Shown here piece after piece: positions 19,812 to 31,014 of a stretch of DNA of 64,000 nt (its first letter is position 1; the number at the start of each line of letters is the position of its first letter). The position numbers were made by a program, and so were the translations under genes. The notes beneath the pieces were generated by a model that was given only the letters and a program-made list of their open reading frames with translations, did no database searches and was not told the DNA's origin. The stretch is taken from assembly GCA_039679445.1 (NCBI GenBank), contig JBDKUY010000017.1:4065-68064 (forward strand), read 5' to 3'. The DNA comes from Methanofastidiosum sp. (GTDB taxonomy: Archaea > Methanobacteriota_B > Thermococci > Methanofastidiosales > Methanofastidiosaceae).

Positions 19812-20339
19812 TCATTCCTCCACCAATATACCGGCATCTTCTGCCTTTCTCACTATATCAGACCTTATGTCGCTATCAATACTAAGTGGAACTATTAGTT
19901 TCTGGATATGATCTTTAATAGGTTCAATAGCATCAAACTCTTCAACTGACGTAACTTTTACATGAGTCAAGGATGGATTTGCTATTTTAAGATTAGATTT
20001 AGCAGCTTTTTTGACTATCTCAATCTTCTTTTTGTTTCCAACAGTTGCATTGATTCTAATTATGACATTTTCTAGGCCATCAATTTGTCCTGGATTTGTA
20101 ATCATGACCTCTTCCAAGCCAGATGCGTGTCTGCCTCTAACTTCTTTTGGCCCCCTGTACCCAACTGAAACTAGAGGTTGCTTTCCACTTCTTTTCATTC
20201 TCATCTTGTTATCTTTACCTCTAGGTTTTCTCCATGTAGGATTGTTCTTAAAGGATTTCTTCTTCCATGTTTCAGTTCTTAGAAATTTTGGCCTCTTGCT
20301 ATTAAGCTTTTTTCTAACTCTTAATAATCGTAAACTCAT
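19812..20339 (-). CDS. rpl32e: 50S ribosomal protein L32e (with about 50-aa C-terminal extension)
   Basis: TWRKPRGKDNKMRMKRSGKQPLVSVGYRGP core. Residues 125-175 are beyond the usual domain. Confidence 0.85.
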   Translation of the reverse strand: MSLRLLRVRKKLNSKRPKFLRTETWKKKSFKNNPTWRKPRGKDNKMRMKRSGKQPLVSVGYRGPKEVRGRHASGLEEVMITNPGQIDGLENVIIRINATVGNKKKIEIVKKAAKSNLKIANPSLTHVKVTSVEEFDAIEPIKDHIQKLIVPLSIDSDIRSDIVRKAEDAGILVEE

Positions 20340-20349
20340 TTTATCTCAC

Positions 20350-20907
20350 CTATATTGGGACTCCGTCCCTTTCAAATAAATAAATACCATCCTGAAATAC
20401 TCTCGGGTCTCTCTTTCTTACCCTTGTAGCAAGCTCTATATTGGCTGCAGTTTGACCAACTTCTTCTAAGTTAATACCATTTACAGTAACAAATTCACCG
20501 GAAACTTTTACCGCCACATTACCAAAAATATTTGCTTTTCTAGGGCTCTTTTCGCCAAGGAAATTAGAAATCACGAGCTGTTTGCCATCTAATTTGACGT
20601 TCATTGGAAAATGTGCGTATATAATTTTCATCTTATACTCAAATCCTTCTGAAACTCCTTTTATCATATTCCTTAGATGCGAACTGATGGTACCTATCAT
20701 AGCCTTTTCTTTCTTGTATGCGTGAAGCATTGCTACTCTAATACGTTTATCGTCTTCTATCTTCTCCATTTTAAGGTTCTTTAAGTGAAAATCTCTCTCC
20801 AATTTACCTTTTGGCCCTTCTACACTAACTCTTGCCCCATCTATTGTAACTTTTACAGATTCTGGGATATCAATAAACCATTCGACATGTTGTACCATAA
20901 ACATCAC
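20350..20907 (-). CDS. rpl6: 50S ribosomal protein L6 (uL6)
   Basis: IPESVKVTIDGARVSVEGPKGKLERDF, two L6 repeats. Confidence 0.9.
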   Translation of the reverse strand: MMFMVQHVEWFIDIPESVKVTIDGARVSVEGPKGKLERDFHLKNLKMEKIEDDKRIRVAMLHAYKKEKAMIGTISSHLRNMIKGVSEGFEYKMKIIYAHFPMNVKLDGKQLVISNFLGEKSPRKANIFGNVAVKVSGEFVTVNGINLEEVGQTAANIELATRVRKRDPRVFQDGIYLFERDGVPI

Positions 20908-21294
20908 CTAGTAAACATAAGCTAATAGAATGCCTCCAATGTTTTGCTCTTTGGCCTTCTTGTGGGACATTACTCCATTTGGAGTTGACATTATTAATAT
21001 TCCAAACTCCTTTGCTGGGAGATATCTCATTTCCCAATTCTCAAGTTCATGATTCTTTGTGGGGGTTCTTGGTTTTATAACTCCGCACTTATTTATAGCC
21101 CCCATTAATTCAACTTTAAATAGGCCGTTCTTACCATCGTCTATAAATTCAAATGCTCCTATATATCCCCATTTCTGCATAATTCTCAGGATATTGCCCA
21201 TAAGTTTTGATGCTGGGATAACGCAATCGGGCTTTCTAGCATTTTCATAATTATAAATATTTGAAAGTGCGTCGGCCAAAGGATCTATTTTCAT
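20908..21294 (-). CDS. rps8: 30S ribosomal protein S8 (uS8)
   Basis: [18 protein letters not shown] and C-terminal GGILLAYVY. Confidence 0.9.
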   Translation of the reverse strand: MKIDPLADALSNIYNYENARKPDCVIPASKLMGNILRIMQKWGYIGAFEFIDDGKNGLFKVELMGAINKCGVIKPRTPTKNHELENWEMRYLPAKEFGILIMSTPNGVMSHKKAKEQNIGGILLAYVY

Positions 21295-21304
21295 CTTTAA
21301 TCAC

Positions 21305-21448
21305 CTAATGATATTTTTTGAAGCCAATCTTTCTGGCGACTTCTCTAAAGCAGCGCCTGCAAATCATAAGATTATATCTTCGAATGACTGCACGGTGGGT
21401 ACCACAGCGTCTGCATGTTCTTGAGCCTACTCCAAACTTTTTATTCAT
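21305..21448 (-). CDS. rps14: 30S ribosomal protein S14, zinc type Z (uS14)
   Basis: Not in the ORF track because it is under 60 aa. Hand translation of the minus strand gives [47 protein letters not shown] (47 aa, CxxC...CxxC zinc ribbon). Its ATG overlaps the uL5 stop in an ATGA arrangement. Confidence 0.8.
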   Translation of the reverse strand: MNKKFGVGSRTCRRCGTHRAVIRRYNLMICRRCFREVARKIGFKKYH

Positions 21449-21990
21449 ATAATGTTCACCCCAAACTCCTGTTTAGCAAACAGTATCCCTTCTTCTTTGG
21501 TCAACTGATGCTTTATGGGTACGTGGCTCTTTTTAATTCTTCTCTCTTTTACTCTAAATCCTCTCTTTTGAAGATTAACACAGACATCCATCCCGAAGAT
21601 TCCTACTTCAGGGTCATATTGAACATCAGGAAGATCTATGTGTTCTTTTATGCCAAAAGAGAAATTACCGCGATTATCAAAACTTCTTTCCTTTAGATTA
21701 AATTCCACTGCTTCAAGTGTTCTCATAAGGAATTTACTAGCCTTTTCCCTTCTAAGAGTAACAGAAACTGCAATAGGTTCACTTTTCCTAATTGCAAATT
21801 CTTTATTGGTTTGTCTGGCATTATTCCTAATAGGTGCCTGACCAGTAAGAAATTCAAGAAGTGCCCTAGCTTTTTCTAGTTTTTCTCCTGATTCCCCTAC
21901 CCCCATATTGACAGTTACTTTTGATAGGTATGGTTTTCTCATAGGATTTTCCCAATTTTTTAGTATCTCTTCCATGTTTGCCAGCCTCAC
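21445..21990 (-). CDS. rpl5: 50S ribosomal protein L5 (uL5)
   Basis: [21 protein letters not shown] and the conserved uL5 core. Confidence 0.9.
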   Translation of the reverse strand: MRLANMEEILKNWENPMRKPYLSKVTVNMGVGESGEKLEKARALLEFLTGQAPIRNNARQTNKEFAIRKSEPIAVSVTLRREKASKFLMRTLEAVEFNLKERSFDNRGNFSFGIKEHIDLPDVQYDPEVGIFGMDVCVNLQKRGFRVKERRIKKSHVPIKHQLTKEEGILFAKQEFGVNII

Positions 21991-22700
21991 TCAAGTTTAA
22001 TTATGGGAGAATCTTTTCCAACGACAAGCACATAATCTTTTAATGTCTGAAACTTGTCATTTCCTGATTCTAATAATACTGCGTCTTTATATATCCCAAA
22101 TGGAGTTATCTTTGAAATCTTACCTATCCTTGAAACGTTTTTACCTTTAATGACTAGTCCGATATAACCTTCTTTAAATTCAAGTGAATCTATAATCTTC
22201 ATATCTGGAACTTTCATTACTAATGTTGAAGATGTTTTGTAAACTTCTTCAGATAATAAGTTCGTTCCATCATGGAGATTCAATTGAACTTTTTTTCCTG
22301 TAAGCATTGTCTTATTAATCAATTTAAAGAGCTTGGTATTCTTTTCAGACTCATCTATCTTAAGAAGATTTACGGACCCTTTTTTGTCGAATAATACTCG
22401 GAAATATTCCTTTGTTTTAGGAATTTCTATAACGTCCATAATACCTACCGGAAAGCTGGAATCTTTTATTGGCCTTCCGTTTACAAGAACATCACCATTA
22501 TGTAGGATAAAGTTTACCTCTTTCCTATTTGTGGCATGCCCAAGATAATCCCTAAGTAAGATTGTAATCGGAATTGACACCTCTTTAGAATGAGGGCCTG
22601 GAATAGGTTTTACAGTCCATTCCTTGACTTTTCTCTCGATTCTCCAATTTTTTGGAGCAAATAATCTTTTTAATGATCTTCTCTGTCCTTTTCTCCCCAC
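21987..22700 (-). CDS. rps4e: 30S ribosomal protein S4e
   Basis: MGRKGQRRSLKRLFAPKNWRIERKVKEWTVKPIPGPHS. Confidence 0.9.
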   Translation of the reverse strand: MGRKGQRRSLKRLFAPKNWRIERKVKEWTVKPIPGPHSKEVSIPITILLRDYLGHATNRKEVNFILHNGDVLVNGRPIKDSSFPVGIMDVIEIPKTKEYFRVLFDKKGSVNLLKIDESEKNTKLFKLINKTMLTGKKVQLNLHDGTNLLSEEVYKTSSTLVMKVPDMKIIDSLEFKEGYIGLVIKGKNVSRIGKISKITPFGIYKDAVLLESGNDKFQTLKDYVLVVGKDSPIIKLE

Positions 22701-22709
22701 GTTACCACC

Positions 22710-23078
22710 TTACTCTCCCTTTCTCCCAATAGCTTTATCTCTCATCTCATCCTTTCTGTCAACATCAATAATCTCTAAATTTGAAGGGTGTATAGGATAC
22801 TCAATTTTTGTTCCGTCGGCTTTCTCTACAACTGCACCATCTACATATACCTTAATTGCTTTGAGGTCTACCTTTGTTATTTCACCTTCATGATCTTTGA
22901 AATCCCCTCTCATTACTCTGACCTTATCACCTTTTCTTAATGGCAGTGATCTTGCTTCTACCTTATTTCTAAGGCTTGTAGCTAGGTGAGAAGACATTAA
23001 ACTGTGTTTTTTATGAAGTGGCGCATTAAAGTGCCTTTTCCTCTGCTTTGATGGTTTTCCTGAGTATTTTTTAATCAT
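22710..23078 (-). CDS. rpl24: 50S ribosomal protein L24 (uL24)
   Basis: KOW motif KGDKVRVMRGDFKDHEGEITKVD. Confidence 0.9.
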   Translation of the reverse strand: MIKKYSGKPSKQRKRHFNAPLHKKHSLMSSHLATSLRNKVEARSLPLRKGDKVRVMRGDFKDHEGEITKVDLKAIKVYVDGAVVEKADGTKIEYPIHPSNLEIIDVDRKDEMRDKAIGRKGE

Positions 23079-23090
23079 TCTTATCCCCCT

Positions 23091-23513
23091 CTATACTATA
23101 ATACTTGCAACGTTAGCAATTCTAACCCATTTTTCAACTGCTTCTTTTGCAACAGGGCCCCTTACTTCAGAGCCTTTAGGAACGCCGTCGTCACCAGTAA
23201 TAACGGCTGCATTATCCTCAAATTTAATTCTTGTACCGTCTATTCTCCTGTATTCTTTTCTCTGCCTTATTATAACGGCAGGCAATACCTTCTTTTTGAC
23301 ATCTGGTCTGCCCTTTTTAACGGCTACCATTACCATGTCACCAACACCGGCTTTTGGATATCTCCTAGAGGTACCTTTGTAATTGATTACCGCAATAATT
23401 TCAAGTTCTTTTGCACCGGTATTGTCAGCACAAACTAATCTTGTTCCAGTTGTGTGAAATCTGCCAGGCCTTACAGTTGACCTTCCACGAGTTGCTCCCG
23501 CACCTTTCGCCAT
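23091..23513 (-). CDS. rpl14: 50S ribosomal protein L14 (uL14)
   Basis: [18 protein letters not shown]...[11 protein letters not shown]. Confidence 0.95.
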   Translation of the reverse strand: MAKGAGATRGRSTVRPGRFHTTGTRLVCADNTGAKELEIIAVINYKGTSRRYPKAGVGDMVMVAVKKGRPDVKKKVLPAVIIRQRKEYRRIDGTRIKFEDNAAVITGDDGVPKGSEVRGPVAKEAVEKWVRIANVASIIV

Positions 23514-23827
23514 CAGATCACCTCAACGACAACGAATTTTTTTGTCTTGCTTAATGGTCTGCATTCCATTATTTTCACATTGTCGCCTGTTTTAGCGTTA
23601 ATACAGTCGGGAATATGTGCTGAAATTCTTGTACTTCTCTTTTCAAATCTCTCATATTTGTCAAGTTTTGTCATAAACTCTTTTTTAACGACGACTGTTT
23701 TGTTCATTTTGTCGCTTACAATCTTCCCTTCCATTAATTTGCCTCTGACAGGTAAAGTTCCGTGAAATGGACATTTTTCATTATTACAACTTTTTTTAGG
23801 TTCTTTTACATCGATGCCGATCATCAC
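23513..23827 (-). CDS. rps17: 30S ribosomal protein S17 (uS17)
   Basis: [30 protein letters not shown]...KFVVVEV, an OB fold. Confidence 0.9.
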   Translation of the reverse strand: MMIGIDVKEPKKSCNNEKCPFHGTLPVRGKLMEGKIVSDKMNKTVVVKKEFMTKLDKYERFEKRSTRISAHIPDCINAKTGDNVKIMECRPLSKTKKFVVVEVI

Positions 23828-23828
23828 A

Positions 23829-24062
23829 TCACACCCTCTTGATTCTTTCTTCTTCCTTCCCTATGAGTAAATTACCATCAATTTTTTTATCGTTAATCAT
23901 CAGGATTATACTATTTTTTATTAAGATTTTTACCCCATTTTCTGTCCTTAGTTTTATCGTATTTTTTGTATCCTCGATGACCAATCCTTTAATGCCAACT
24001 TCATATCTATTTGAGCTTTGGATTACCTCGACTTGTTTCCCCAAGAGTATTATGTGATTCAT
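23829..24062 (-). CDS. rnp1: RNase P protein component 1 (Rpp29/Pop4)
   Basis: 77 aa. [33 protein letters not shown]...[15 protein letters not shown] matches the Rpp29 Sm-like barrel. Conserved position between aSUI1 and uS17. Confidence 0.7.
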   Translation of the reverse strand: MNHIILLGKQVEVIQSSNRYEVGIKGLVIEDTKNTIKLRTENGVKILIKNSIILMINDKKIDGNLLIGKEEERIKRV

Positions 24063-24367
24063 GAAACTACAATCATATCCTTACTAAATCCAAGGTCAAT
24101 TAGTATTTTTTTAACCTTGTCCTTGTGGGCTCCTTGAAGTTCAATCTTTCCGTCTTTTGAAGTTCCACCGCATGCACATTTTGTCTTTAGATTTGTGCAC
24201 AGATCCTTGATATCAATATTTGATGAATCGATTCCTTCAACGACCGTCATAAGTTTTCCAAATCTTCTTCTTTCGGTGAAAATGCGTATTTGTTGTTCTT
24301 CCCTGGCGATTTCTTCGCAGACGCAAAGATCTTTGGGAAGACCACAAACTGCACAAATCTCACTCAT
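24059..24367 (-). CDS. sui1: translation initiation factor aSUI1 (eIF1 homolog)
   Basis: [15 protein letters not shown] zinc knuckle and a SUI1 domain ([19 protein letters not shown]). Confidence 0.9.
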   Translation of the reverse strand: MSEICAVCGLPKDLCVCEEIAREEQQIRIFTERRRFGKLMTVVEGIDSSNIDIKDLCTNLKTKCACGGTSKDGKIELQGAHKDKVKKILIDLGFSKDMIVVS

Positions 24368-24569
24368 TTTGCTTCTCCTTTTCAGCCTTTATTGTTTTTA
24401 ATCTTGCTATAGTCCTTCTAAGCTCCCTTATCCTTCCAGGATTTTCTGGTGCGCTGCCTGTAGCAAGTAAAGACCTTTCCTTTGATAATTCACTTTTAAG
24501 TTCATCTATGTTATTTTCAATTTCTTCAACTGAAAGGTCTCTTATATCGTCTACTCTATATATTGCCAT
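24360..24569 (-). CDS. rpl29: 50S ribosomal protein L29 (uL29)
   Basis: 69 aa helical. [22 protein letters not shown]. Confidence 0.85.
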   Translation of the reverse strand: MAIYRVDDIRDLSVEEIENNIDELKSELSKERSLLATGSAPENPGRIRELRRTIARLKTIKAEKEKQNE

Positions 24570-24582
24570 TATTATACACCTA

Positions 24583-25176
24583 TTACTTAAACTTTATTTC
24601 ATCTGGCAGTGATACGTCTTGAGGCATTATCTTGATTACAACTCCGATTATACCGAGTTTCTTCTTTGCGGGTGAATATCCAACTCTCACATGTTCAATG
24701 GCTGGATCCCCACATTTTTTTAGATATCCTTCGGCAAATCTCATTGAACGAGCTCTTTCTCCGCTAAGTTTTCCTGAAATCTTAATTTCAGCGCCTTTTG
24801 CCCCAGACCTCATTATTCTTCTAAGATAATTGTAAGCTGCCCTTCTATAATGCTCTCCTCGCTCAATAGCGCTAGCAAGCTGAAATGCCATTACATCTGC
24901 ATTAAGATCTGGATTCTCAATTTGCTGCACTTCAATCTGAGGATTCTCGAGATTAAAAGGAGGTCTTTCTAGTTGGTCTGTCAAATCTTTAATGGCCCTT
25001 CCTCTTTTTCCTATAACAATTCCGGGCTTCTGCACGAAAACTGTAACTCTAGTTCCAAGAGGATTTCTCTTTATGTCCATCCCTGCATAACCAGCTCTCT
25101 TTAGTGAATCTCCAAGGAATTCATCAATCGTTAAATTGGAAACGCTTTCTTCTATAAATTTTCTCTCAATGGCCAT
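24583..25176 (-). CDS. rps3: 30S ribosomal protein S3 (uS3)
   Basis: KH domain and C-terminal domain. [18 protein letters not shown]. Confidence 0.95.
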   Translation of the reverse strand: MAIERKFIEESVSNLTIDEFLGDSLKRAGYAGMDIKRNPLGTRVTVFVQKPGIVIGKRGRAIKDLTDQLERPPFNLENPQIEVQQIENPDLNADVMAFQLASAIERGEHYRRAAYNYLRRIMRSGAKGAEIKISGKLSGERARSMRFAEGYLKKCGDPAIEHVRVGYSPAKKKLGIIGVVIKIMPQDVSLPDEIKFK

Positions 25177-25628
25177 TATCTCTCCTCCACGATTATCTCG
25201 ACATTTGTAAGCTCCTTGTTATATGGCGAAGCTCTTCCAAAAGCTCTTGGCATAAATCCCGGGATTACTCTGCCTCTGTAAGCAGACGCATGAATTATTC
25301 TTAATTTTGTTGTGTTCAATCCTTTATATTCTGCATTTGATTCGGCTTCCTTAAGAAGTTTTAAGAGATTTGTTGATGCTTTTACTGGATATCTCCCGGC
25401 AAACCATTTTGAAAGTCCTTTCTTGTGGCCGACTTTTTTGTAATACCTCTTGAATGGTATAGGGGTTTCTAGTTTAATTGTGCTTTCTAGTAATTCCTTT
25501 GCCCTTTCGATCTTCATGCCTTTAATCGTATTGCATATCTCCCTACTATGTTTTGGAGATATATTCATATTTTTTCCATAAACTTTTGCAGTTTTTGTCT
25601 CATCTATATCAGTTCTTGAATAGGGCAT
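25176..25628 (-). CDS. rpl22: 50S ribosomal protein L22 (uL22)
   Basis: [35 protein letters not shown]. Confidence 0.9.
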   Translation of the reverse strand: MPYSRTDIDETKTAKVYGKNMNISPKHSREICNTIKGMKIERAKELLESTIKLETPIPFKRYYKKVGHKKGLSKWFAGRYPVKASTNLLKLLKEAESNAEYKGLNTTKLRIIHASAYRGRVIPGFMPRAFGRASPYNKELTNVEIIVEER

Positions 25629-25632
25629 CAGA

Positions 25633-26040
25633 TCACCTCAATGGCACATACTGGGAAGACTTTGTAGAGCCCACTCCAGGGGCACCGTGTGAAACTCTTC
25701 TTCTTGAAGGTGCGAATTCTCCTAAATAATGTCCCACCATCTCAGGAGTAATCTCTACAGGAACAAATTCCTTACCATTATAAATTCCTATAGTAACTCC
25801 GAGCATCTCTGGGAGTATTACCATATCACGGCAGTGTGTTTTCACAGCATAGTTGTTTCCAGCTTCCATTTCTTTTCTCGATTCTCGTATATTCTTAAGT
25901 AATTTTTTCTGTCTTACGGGAAGTCCTCTCTTAAGAGATCTCCTCTGTCTTGATGGCAAGAGTTCAATCAACTTGTCCATAGACATTTTTCCCATTTGAT
26001 CAACAGTAAAACCCATGAAACTAAATTCTTTTTTAGCCAA
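25633..26040 (-). CDS. rps19: 30S ribosomal protein S19 (uS19)
   Basis: [23 protein letters not shown]-terminal signature. Confidence 0.95.
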   Translation of the reverse strand: MAKKEFSFMGFTVDQMGKMSMDKLIELLPSRQRRSLKRGLPVRQKKLLKNIRESRKEMEAGNNYAVKTHCRDMVILPEMLGVTIGIYNGKEFVPVEITPEMVGHYLGEFAPSRRRVSHGAPGVGSTKSSQYVPLR

Positions 26041-26042
26041 GT

Positions 26043-26768
26043 TTAACGCCTCCTACCAGTTCTTTTTGCTGCTATGTGTCCAACTTTTCTACCTGGTGGT
26101 GCATTTCTTGAAGAAGTTGTACCTTTACCCGGGTGCTTGTGATTACCTCCACCGAACGGGTGATCGTTGTGGTTCATTGCAATTCCTCTAACTTTTGGAT
26201 ATAGTGTGGCTTTACTTCTAAGCTTGTGGAATTTCTTTCCTGCTTTTACTAAAGGCTTTTCTTTTCTTCCTCCGCCAGCTACTACTCCGATTGTACATCT
26301 GCATTCTGAATTCAAAGTCTTCATTACACCTGAAGGAAGCTGTATTACTGTTTTCATACTATCATGAGCTATTAATGTAGCATAAGTCCCTGACGACCTG
26401 ACAAATTTGCCCCCGTCCCCAGGTCTTGATTCTATATTATAAATATAAGTTCCCTCTGGGATATTCTTCAAAGGAAGTGTATTCCCAATTTCAACTTCGG
26501 CCATTGTTCCTGTTGCAATACTACTGCCTACTCGGATTCCTTCTGGTACAAGAAATAATTCTTGCTCTTTATTATCAAAAAGAATCGTTGCTACTGGTGA
26601 AGTTCTAGCTGGATCATTGAATAGTTCTCTAACAACACCGCGTGTTACTCCGTCTCTCTCTACGTTATCATAGCTTCTGTGTCTAACTTTTCCATTGTAT
26701 CTATGTGAAGGGGCCTTGTATGTATGTGTTCCTCTTCCTCTTCTCTGTGAAATAATTCTTTTACCCAA
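26043..26768 (-). CDS. rpl2: 50S ribosomal protein L2 (uL2)
   Basis: [24 protein letters not shown]...[18 protein letters not shown]. Confidence 0.95.
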   Translation of the reverse strand: MGKRIISQRRGRGTHTYKAPSHRYNGKVRHRSYDNVERDGVTRGVVRELFNDPARTSPVATILFDNKEQELFLVPEGIRVGSSIATGTMAEVEIGNTLPLKNIPEGTYIYNIESRPGDGGKFVRSSGTYATLIAHDSMKTVIQLPSGVMKTLNSECRCTIGVVAGGGRKEKPLVKAGKKFHKLRSKATLYPKVRGIAMNHNDHPFGGGNHKHPGKGTTSSRNAPPGRKVGHIAAKRTGRRR

Positions 26769-26778
26769 TCATATCACC

Positions 26779-27042
26779 TTAAAATACACCTATTTTTGTT
26801 GCGACTTCGTCAGCAGGATACTCTTCTTTTAGTTTAACGTATGCCTTTTTCTTCCCAGTAGACAAAACAGTCGTGCTTACTTTTTCTACTTCGACTTCGT
26901 AAAGTTCTTCTACGGCATTGTATATATCCTGTTTGTTGCTGCCCATGGTAACAATAAAGGTCAATATATTGTCCCTTTCCATGGTAGCTACAGTCTTTTC
27001 TGTAATAAGTGGATGGACAATCACGTCGTGTGGATTTTTCAC
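26779..27042 (-). CDS. rpl23: 50S ribosomal protein L23 (uL23)
   Basis: VIVHPLITEKTVATMERDNILTFIV. Confidence 0.9.
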   Translation of the reverse strand: MKNPHDVIVHPLITEKTVATMERDNILTFIVTMGSNKQDIYNAVEELYEVEVEKVSTTVLSTGKKKAYVKLKEEYPADEVATKIGVF

Positions 27043-27809
27043 TTGAACACCTCACTTTTAGAAAGATACTTTATTGCATCTTCGGTCCATATTGTGAGTC
27101 TTCCTGCATGTGTACCTGGGGCAAGATGTTCAGCACTTAGCTTATCGACCATTACAATATCTACACCAGGGTGATTTCTTGCAGCCTTCATTATGCCTGC
27201 GTCCTTTCCAATAACTATTAAAGGGCCTATTTTGTTTTTATATCTCCTTCCTCTCATCTTTCCTCTTCCAGCCCTTATTGTTCTAGATTTTGATCTGATT
27301 ATGTCATCCCAAACCCCAAGGCTCTTGAATATCTCTCTTGTATCTTTTGTCTTTTTTACTGTTTGAATCTTATTCTCAACAATTATCGGGAATTCAACAT
27401 TATCTAAAAATCTGTGACCTCTTGACATCACCATTTCCTTGTTAGCGGTTATTGATATAGCTGATTTTATTGCTACAGTTCTTTCTTTATTGTTTATCTT
27501 CTCACTGATAACTTTCCAAGGTTTTGGTGGATGAGCTACAAATCCCCCTACAACATGAGGTGCAAATGCAGCCCTTCTTGGGCCAGATTTCATTCTAGGT
27601 ACTCTTGATATTCCAAGATTTTTTCTTCTTGGATGTGCAGATGTCATTCTTCCGGCAATTGGACTTACTCCCCATGGTTGAATTCTATGAGTTATAGAAG
27701 CCAATACTGCCCTCTTGATTAAATCAGGTCTGTACTCATAAGAAAACACTGAGGGAAGGTCTATTGCTTTCAACTTCTCTCCAGTTATTGAATATACATT
27801 AGATTTCAT
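27039..27809 (-). CDS. rpl4: 50S ribosomal protein L4 (uL4)
   Basis: 256 aa. FAPHVVGGFVAHPPKPWK and RAGRGKMRGRRYK. Its start overlaps the uL3 stop region. Confidence 0.9.
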   Translation of the reverse strand: MKSNVYSITGEKLKAIDLPSVFSYEYRPDLIKRAVLASITHRIQPWGVSPIAGRMTSAHPRRKNLGISRVPRMKSGPRRAAFAPHVVGGFVAHPPKPWKVISEKINNKERTVAIKSAISITANKEMVMSRGHRFLDNVEFPIIVENKIQTVKKTKDTREIFKSLGVWDDIIRSKSRTIRAGRGKMRGRRYKNKIGPLIVIGKDAGIMKAARNHPGVDIVMVDKLSAEHLAPGTHAGRLTIWTEDAIKYLSKSEVFK

Positions 27810-27812
27810 TGT

Positions 27813-28820
27813 TTATGCCTCCCCTGCAGAAGCTTTGTAGAGGTAGGTAATATCTGGTACCCCTCCAGTTCTTCTTACTGGTACCCTTACAGATTTTCTA
27901 AGTCTTAATATTCTCTTTGTGGATCCTCCTACGCTACCTTTAAGCATAGCATAGTCGGATGTTAATAATCCATAATTCTTAAATCCTTCTTTTGGAGTAA
28001 CGTTGAGATCTTTTGGATTTGAGAGTCTAAATATTCTTTTGTTAAGTTCTGTTCTCGTGTGGAATCCCATCTGTCCAGCAAATGGCACTGTCCACATAAC
28101 TTTTGGTGGATGCCATGGACCGATTGAACCTACGTGCCTTCTTGCATCATTAGTTTTTCTAGTCTGTACTTTTACTCCCCATCTCCTTATTACGCCTTGG
28201 AATCCCTTTCCTTTTGTAACTGAAATAACATCGACGAATTCTCCTTCGTCTAGAACATCTTTTACCTTTAGTTCTTTTCCAAAAACACCCTTTAGGTATT
28301 CCAACTTGGCGTTAACATCTGCTCCGCCAATCCCGCTTTCCATGACCTCTGGTTTCTTTTTCAGATTAATGAGCTTTGGTTGAGTGCAAACAATAGCTCT
28401 TAAATCATCTACTTTTCCACCTTCTATAAGAGATTGGATTTTATCAAGGTCTTTTACAGGATTTTTTGAAACAGTTTTTGATCGTGAAAGTTCTTTCGGG
28501 CCTTCTGCCCAAGACTCTGTGACAGTTTTCAGTCCGTATGGAGTCTTCTTGTATGCCCTAACACCACAAACATAAATTGGTGGAGTTTCTACCAAAGTTA
28601 CAGGTACCACCATTTCTTTTCCTTTTGTAAGTGTATACTTTCTATCATCTATCCTTAAAATGTGGGACATCCCTACCTTATAGCCGGGAAAGTCTAAGAT
28701 CTTAACATCATCCACTTCTGGCCAACTATTCAAAGTTGGCACTATCTTTGAAGCCCTCTTTCTGGGGCTGTATCCCAAGGAACCTCTACGGGGTCTTTTA
28801 TTTCGTCCACTACCGCCCAT
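27813..28820 (-). CDS. rpl3: 50S ribosomal protein L3 (uL3)
   Basis: MGGSGRNKRPRRGSLGYSPRKRA and FQGVIRRWGVKVQTRKTNDARRHVGSIGPWHP. It is the first gene of the cluster. Confidence 0.95.
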   Translation of the reverse strand: MGGSGRNKRPRRGSLGYSPRKRASKIVPTLNSWPEVDDVKILDFPGYKVGMSHILRIDDRKYTLTKGKEMVVPVTLVETPPIYVCGVRAYKKTPYGLKTVTESWAEGPKELSRSKTVSKNPVKDLDKIQSLIEGGKVDDLRAIVCTQPKLINLKKKPEVMESGIGGADVNAKLEYLKGVFGKELKVKDVLDEGEFVDVISVTKGKGFQGVIRRWGVKVQTRKTNDARRHVGSIGPWHPPKVMWTVPFAGQMGFHTRTELNKRIFRLSNPKDLNVTPKEGFKNYGLLTSDYAMLKGSVGGSTKRILRLRKSVRVPVRRTGGVPDITYLYKASAGEA

Positions 28821-29030
28821 TTTTAAGCCTCCGGCTTTACATAAAGAGTATTAGGCCTAATAGCCCAAATCTCCAAATTTTATTATTGTACTATTAGTCA
28901 AGAATTGAGGAATAAAGTCGCTTTCACTCTATCCCCGTCTGTAATTCGTAACGTTTTTTTTAAGCAAGTTCTGCTGTATTGGCAGTATAATATAGGATTT
29001 ATAAATGTTATGGTGTATTGCTTTTTTCAT

Positions 29031-29246
29031 TTATTTACTATCCTCGGCCAATATAATCCAGACCACATTGCTAAGACTTACAACTAGTTCCTTACCTGAG
29101 GAACCAGCGATATCCGTCACATCACTAAGACAAAGTACATCTTCATCGAAATCTAGTAACTTCCCTTTAAAGATGCTGCCGTCAATTGATATCACTAATT
29201 TTTTTCCATTATAGTATTCTAGTTTTTTTAGTAGCAACTTTGACAA
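29031..29246 (-). CDS. Sm-like (LSm) archaeal protein
   Basis: 71 aa. Sm1-like KKLVISIDGSIFKGKLLDFDEDVLCLSDV and Sm2-like ELVVSLSNVVWI. Confidence 0.55.
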   Translation of the reverse strand: MSKLLLKKLEYYNGKKLVISIDGSIFKGKLLDFDEDVLCLSDVTDIAGSSGKELVVSLSNVVWIILAEDSK

Positions 29247-29325
29247 TGCCTCACCGGAATTGAGATTTAAGGAAATAAGTATTTAAGTGTTTTTATTAGG
29301 AAACGATTTTTTGTCAATCAAAATC

Positions 29326-30897
29326 TCAAAAGAAAATAAAAGAATAGCGATTTTGTGAATCTCTGATTACATGCCCCTTTTTGTGCATCCAATCCAGTAA
29401 ATCCTGCACGTCATATTCATCTTTGAATAAATCAGTTGACTTTACTTCACGGAATATTTCAATTACAGTTAGATTTGGAGTATTAATCAGGGTAGCTTGA
29501 ACAACGTTATACCTCTCATTTGATTCATAATCTTTAATTGAATCTATTTCTTTTTTAATCGAGGGTTCACCTAACAACTGTTCGAAATTATCAAGTGTAG
29601 TTCTCCTTGAATCTTTAAGGAATTTATTTGTTATTTCCGTTTTATCGTCCGCCCTTGCAAATGACTGTGCCAATCTTTTGATATTGTAACTTGTTCTATT
29701 CAGCATGGAACGAACAATCAATTCTCTTGTTTTGTCTTGTTTGAATTTGTCGGCTAAAAGGACATCATAGTCTTTAGATAATAATTCTATTATGTGCCGA
29801 TATTCTTTATCATAATTTTTTCCTTCAGTAGGATTATTATGGTGCGCATGGACAATCTGAATCCATAAATTCTCATCAATCATTTTAAGTAAAGGTCTGA
29901 GGTACATATCATCTTCTGTCAACAACTGGTCGATGTCTGACAAAGTAATTTCTGTCTGGGTAAAATTTCTGAAAGTTTCAAGGATCATCTGCCTTCTTGT
30001 TCCCTCGTTAATTTTTATTGAAGAGAAAAGGGAATACTCTCCCCTGAAATTAGTTCGTTCAACTAGCGATTGATGCAGTTTTCCATAATTATCAGAATAT
30101 ATCTTAGAGAGGATATTCTGCCCAACTTTAGGCCTTTCTGCAAGTTTGTACTGAATAGTATTTGAATCGAAATTTATGCCATTGATTGCTTTTTTTGGTG
30201 GGTCCATACCCCGATATTCAGGCGGGACCATTAGTTGGATGATCTTCAGTAACTCGAGGGCGAGTTTTGAATTCCATGAAAGTGATGATAGAGATATACC
30301 CCCTACTTTCCCATCGTAAGGTGCACTTAAAATGGGTGCCTGAAATGACCTTGATATATCCTTGTCTAAAGGTAAGTTTTCTGCAAATAGGTTTTCAATT
30401 ATCCTTCTTTCATATGAAACATCCAAATAAATAGAATCTGATGGGAGCTCTTCCCAATCCTCAATTAAAATAACAAATTCACTTTTATTCAGCTTCTCAT
30501 TATAGATATATGATTTCTTTGATTTTATAATACTGATAAGGCTATAATTTTCTGGAATATCCTTGCCAGAAGGTATCAATCCTATAGTAACTGCAATAGG
30601 GGTATTATAAAGAGCAGATAGCCCTATTGGCTTAGAGTTAGTTTGAGATTCAATGGCAACGTTCCATGAAGTATCCATGGACATTGGAACAACATAAAGA
30701 GATATTTCTTCTAAAGATTTTCCATTTTCAGACCTACTAAATTCCTTATACCACTCTTCTACCTTACTTATCCTTTTCTTTTCATACTCTAAGAATTCAA
30801 CATTAATATATTGTCTATCCCATGGGAACTCAGAATAGGTAGGATATTTCTTCCACAGATAATAATCATTAAGTCTTAAAGATTCATGATTTGCCAT
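29326..30897 (-). CDS. large hypothetical protein (about 520 aa), no recognisable domain
   Basis: The long ORF runs to 31032 but overlaps the divergent LplB-like ORF, so the start was placed at the internal Met (MANHESLRL). No P-loop or other diagnostic motif was seen. Confidence 0.35.
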   Translation of the reverse strand: MANHESLRLNDYYLWKKYPTYSEFPWDRQYINVEFLEYEKKRISKVEEWYKEFSRSENGKSLEEISLYVVPMSMDTSWNVAIESQTNSKPIGLSALYNTPIAVTIGLIPSGKDIPENYSLISIIKSKKSYIYNEKLNKSEFVILIEDWEELPSDSIYLDVSYERRIIENLFAENLPLDKDISRSFQAPILSAPYDGKVGGISLSSLSWNSKLALELLKIIQLMVPPEYRGMDPPKKAINGINFDSNTIQYKLAERPKVGQNILSKIYSDNYGKLHQSLVERTNFRGEYSLFSSIKINEGTRRQMILETFRNFTQTEITLSDIDQLLTEDDMYLRPLLKMIDENLWIQIVHAHHNNPTEGKNYDKEYRHIIELLSKDYDVLLADKFKQDKTRELIVRSMLNRTSYNIKRLAQSFARADDKTEITNKFLKDSRRTTLDNFEQLLGEPSIKKEIDSIKDYESNERYNVVQATLINTPNLTVIEIFREVKSTDLFKDEYDVQDLLDWMHKKGHVIRDSQNRYSFIFF

Positions 30898-31014
30898 TTT
30901 ATCCTTTAATTGAATATTGAGAGACTTATATATAAAAGTAACACAATTTCTTTTTATTGGTTGACTACAATATTTATTTAAGTTAATAATTCCATTTAGA
31001 ATTGGTAGAGAATA

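Noticed and set aside
28821-29030. Defined BRE/TATA promoter for the ribosomal supercluster upstream of uL3
   Set aside because: The region is AT-rich with several TATA-like strings (for example AATAATAAAATTT) and an SD-like GGAGG 10 nt before the ATG. I could not single out one element with confidence, so no feature was called.
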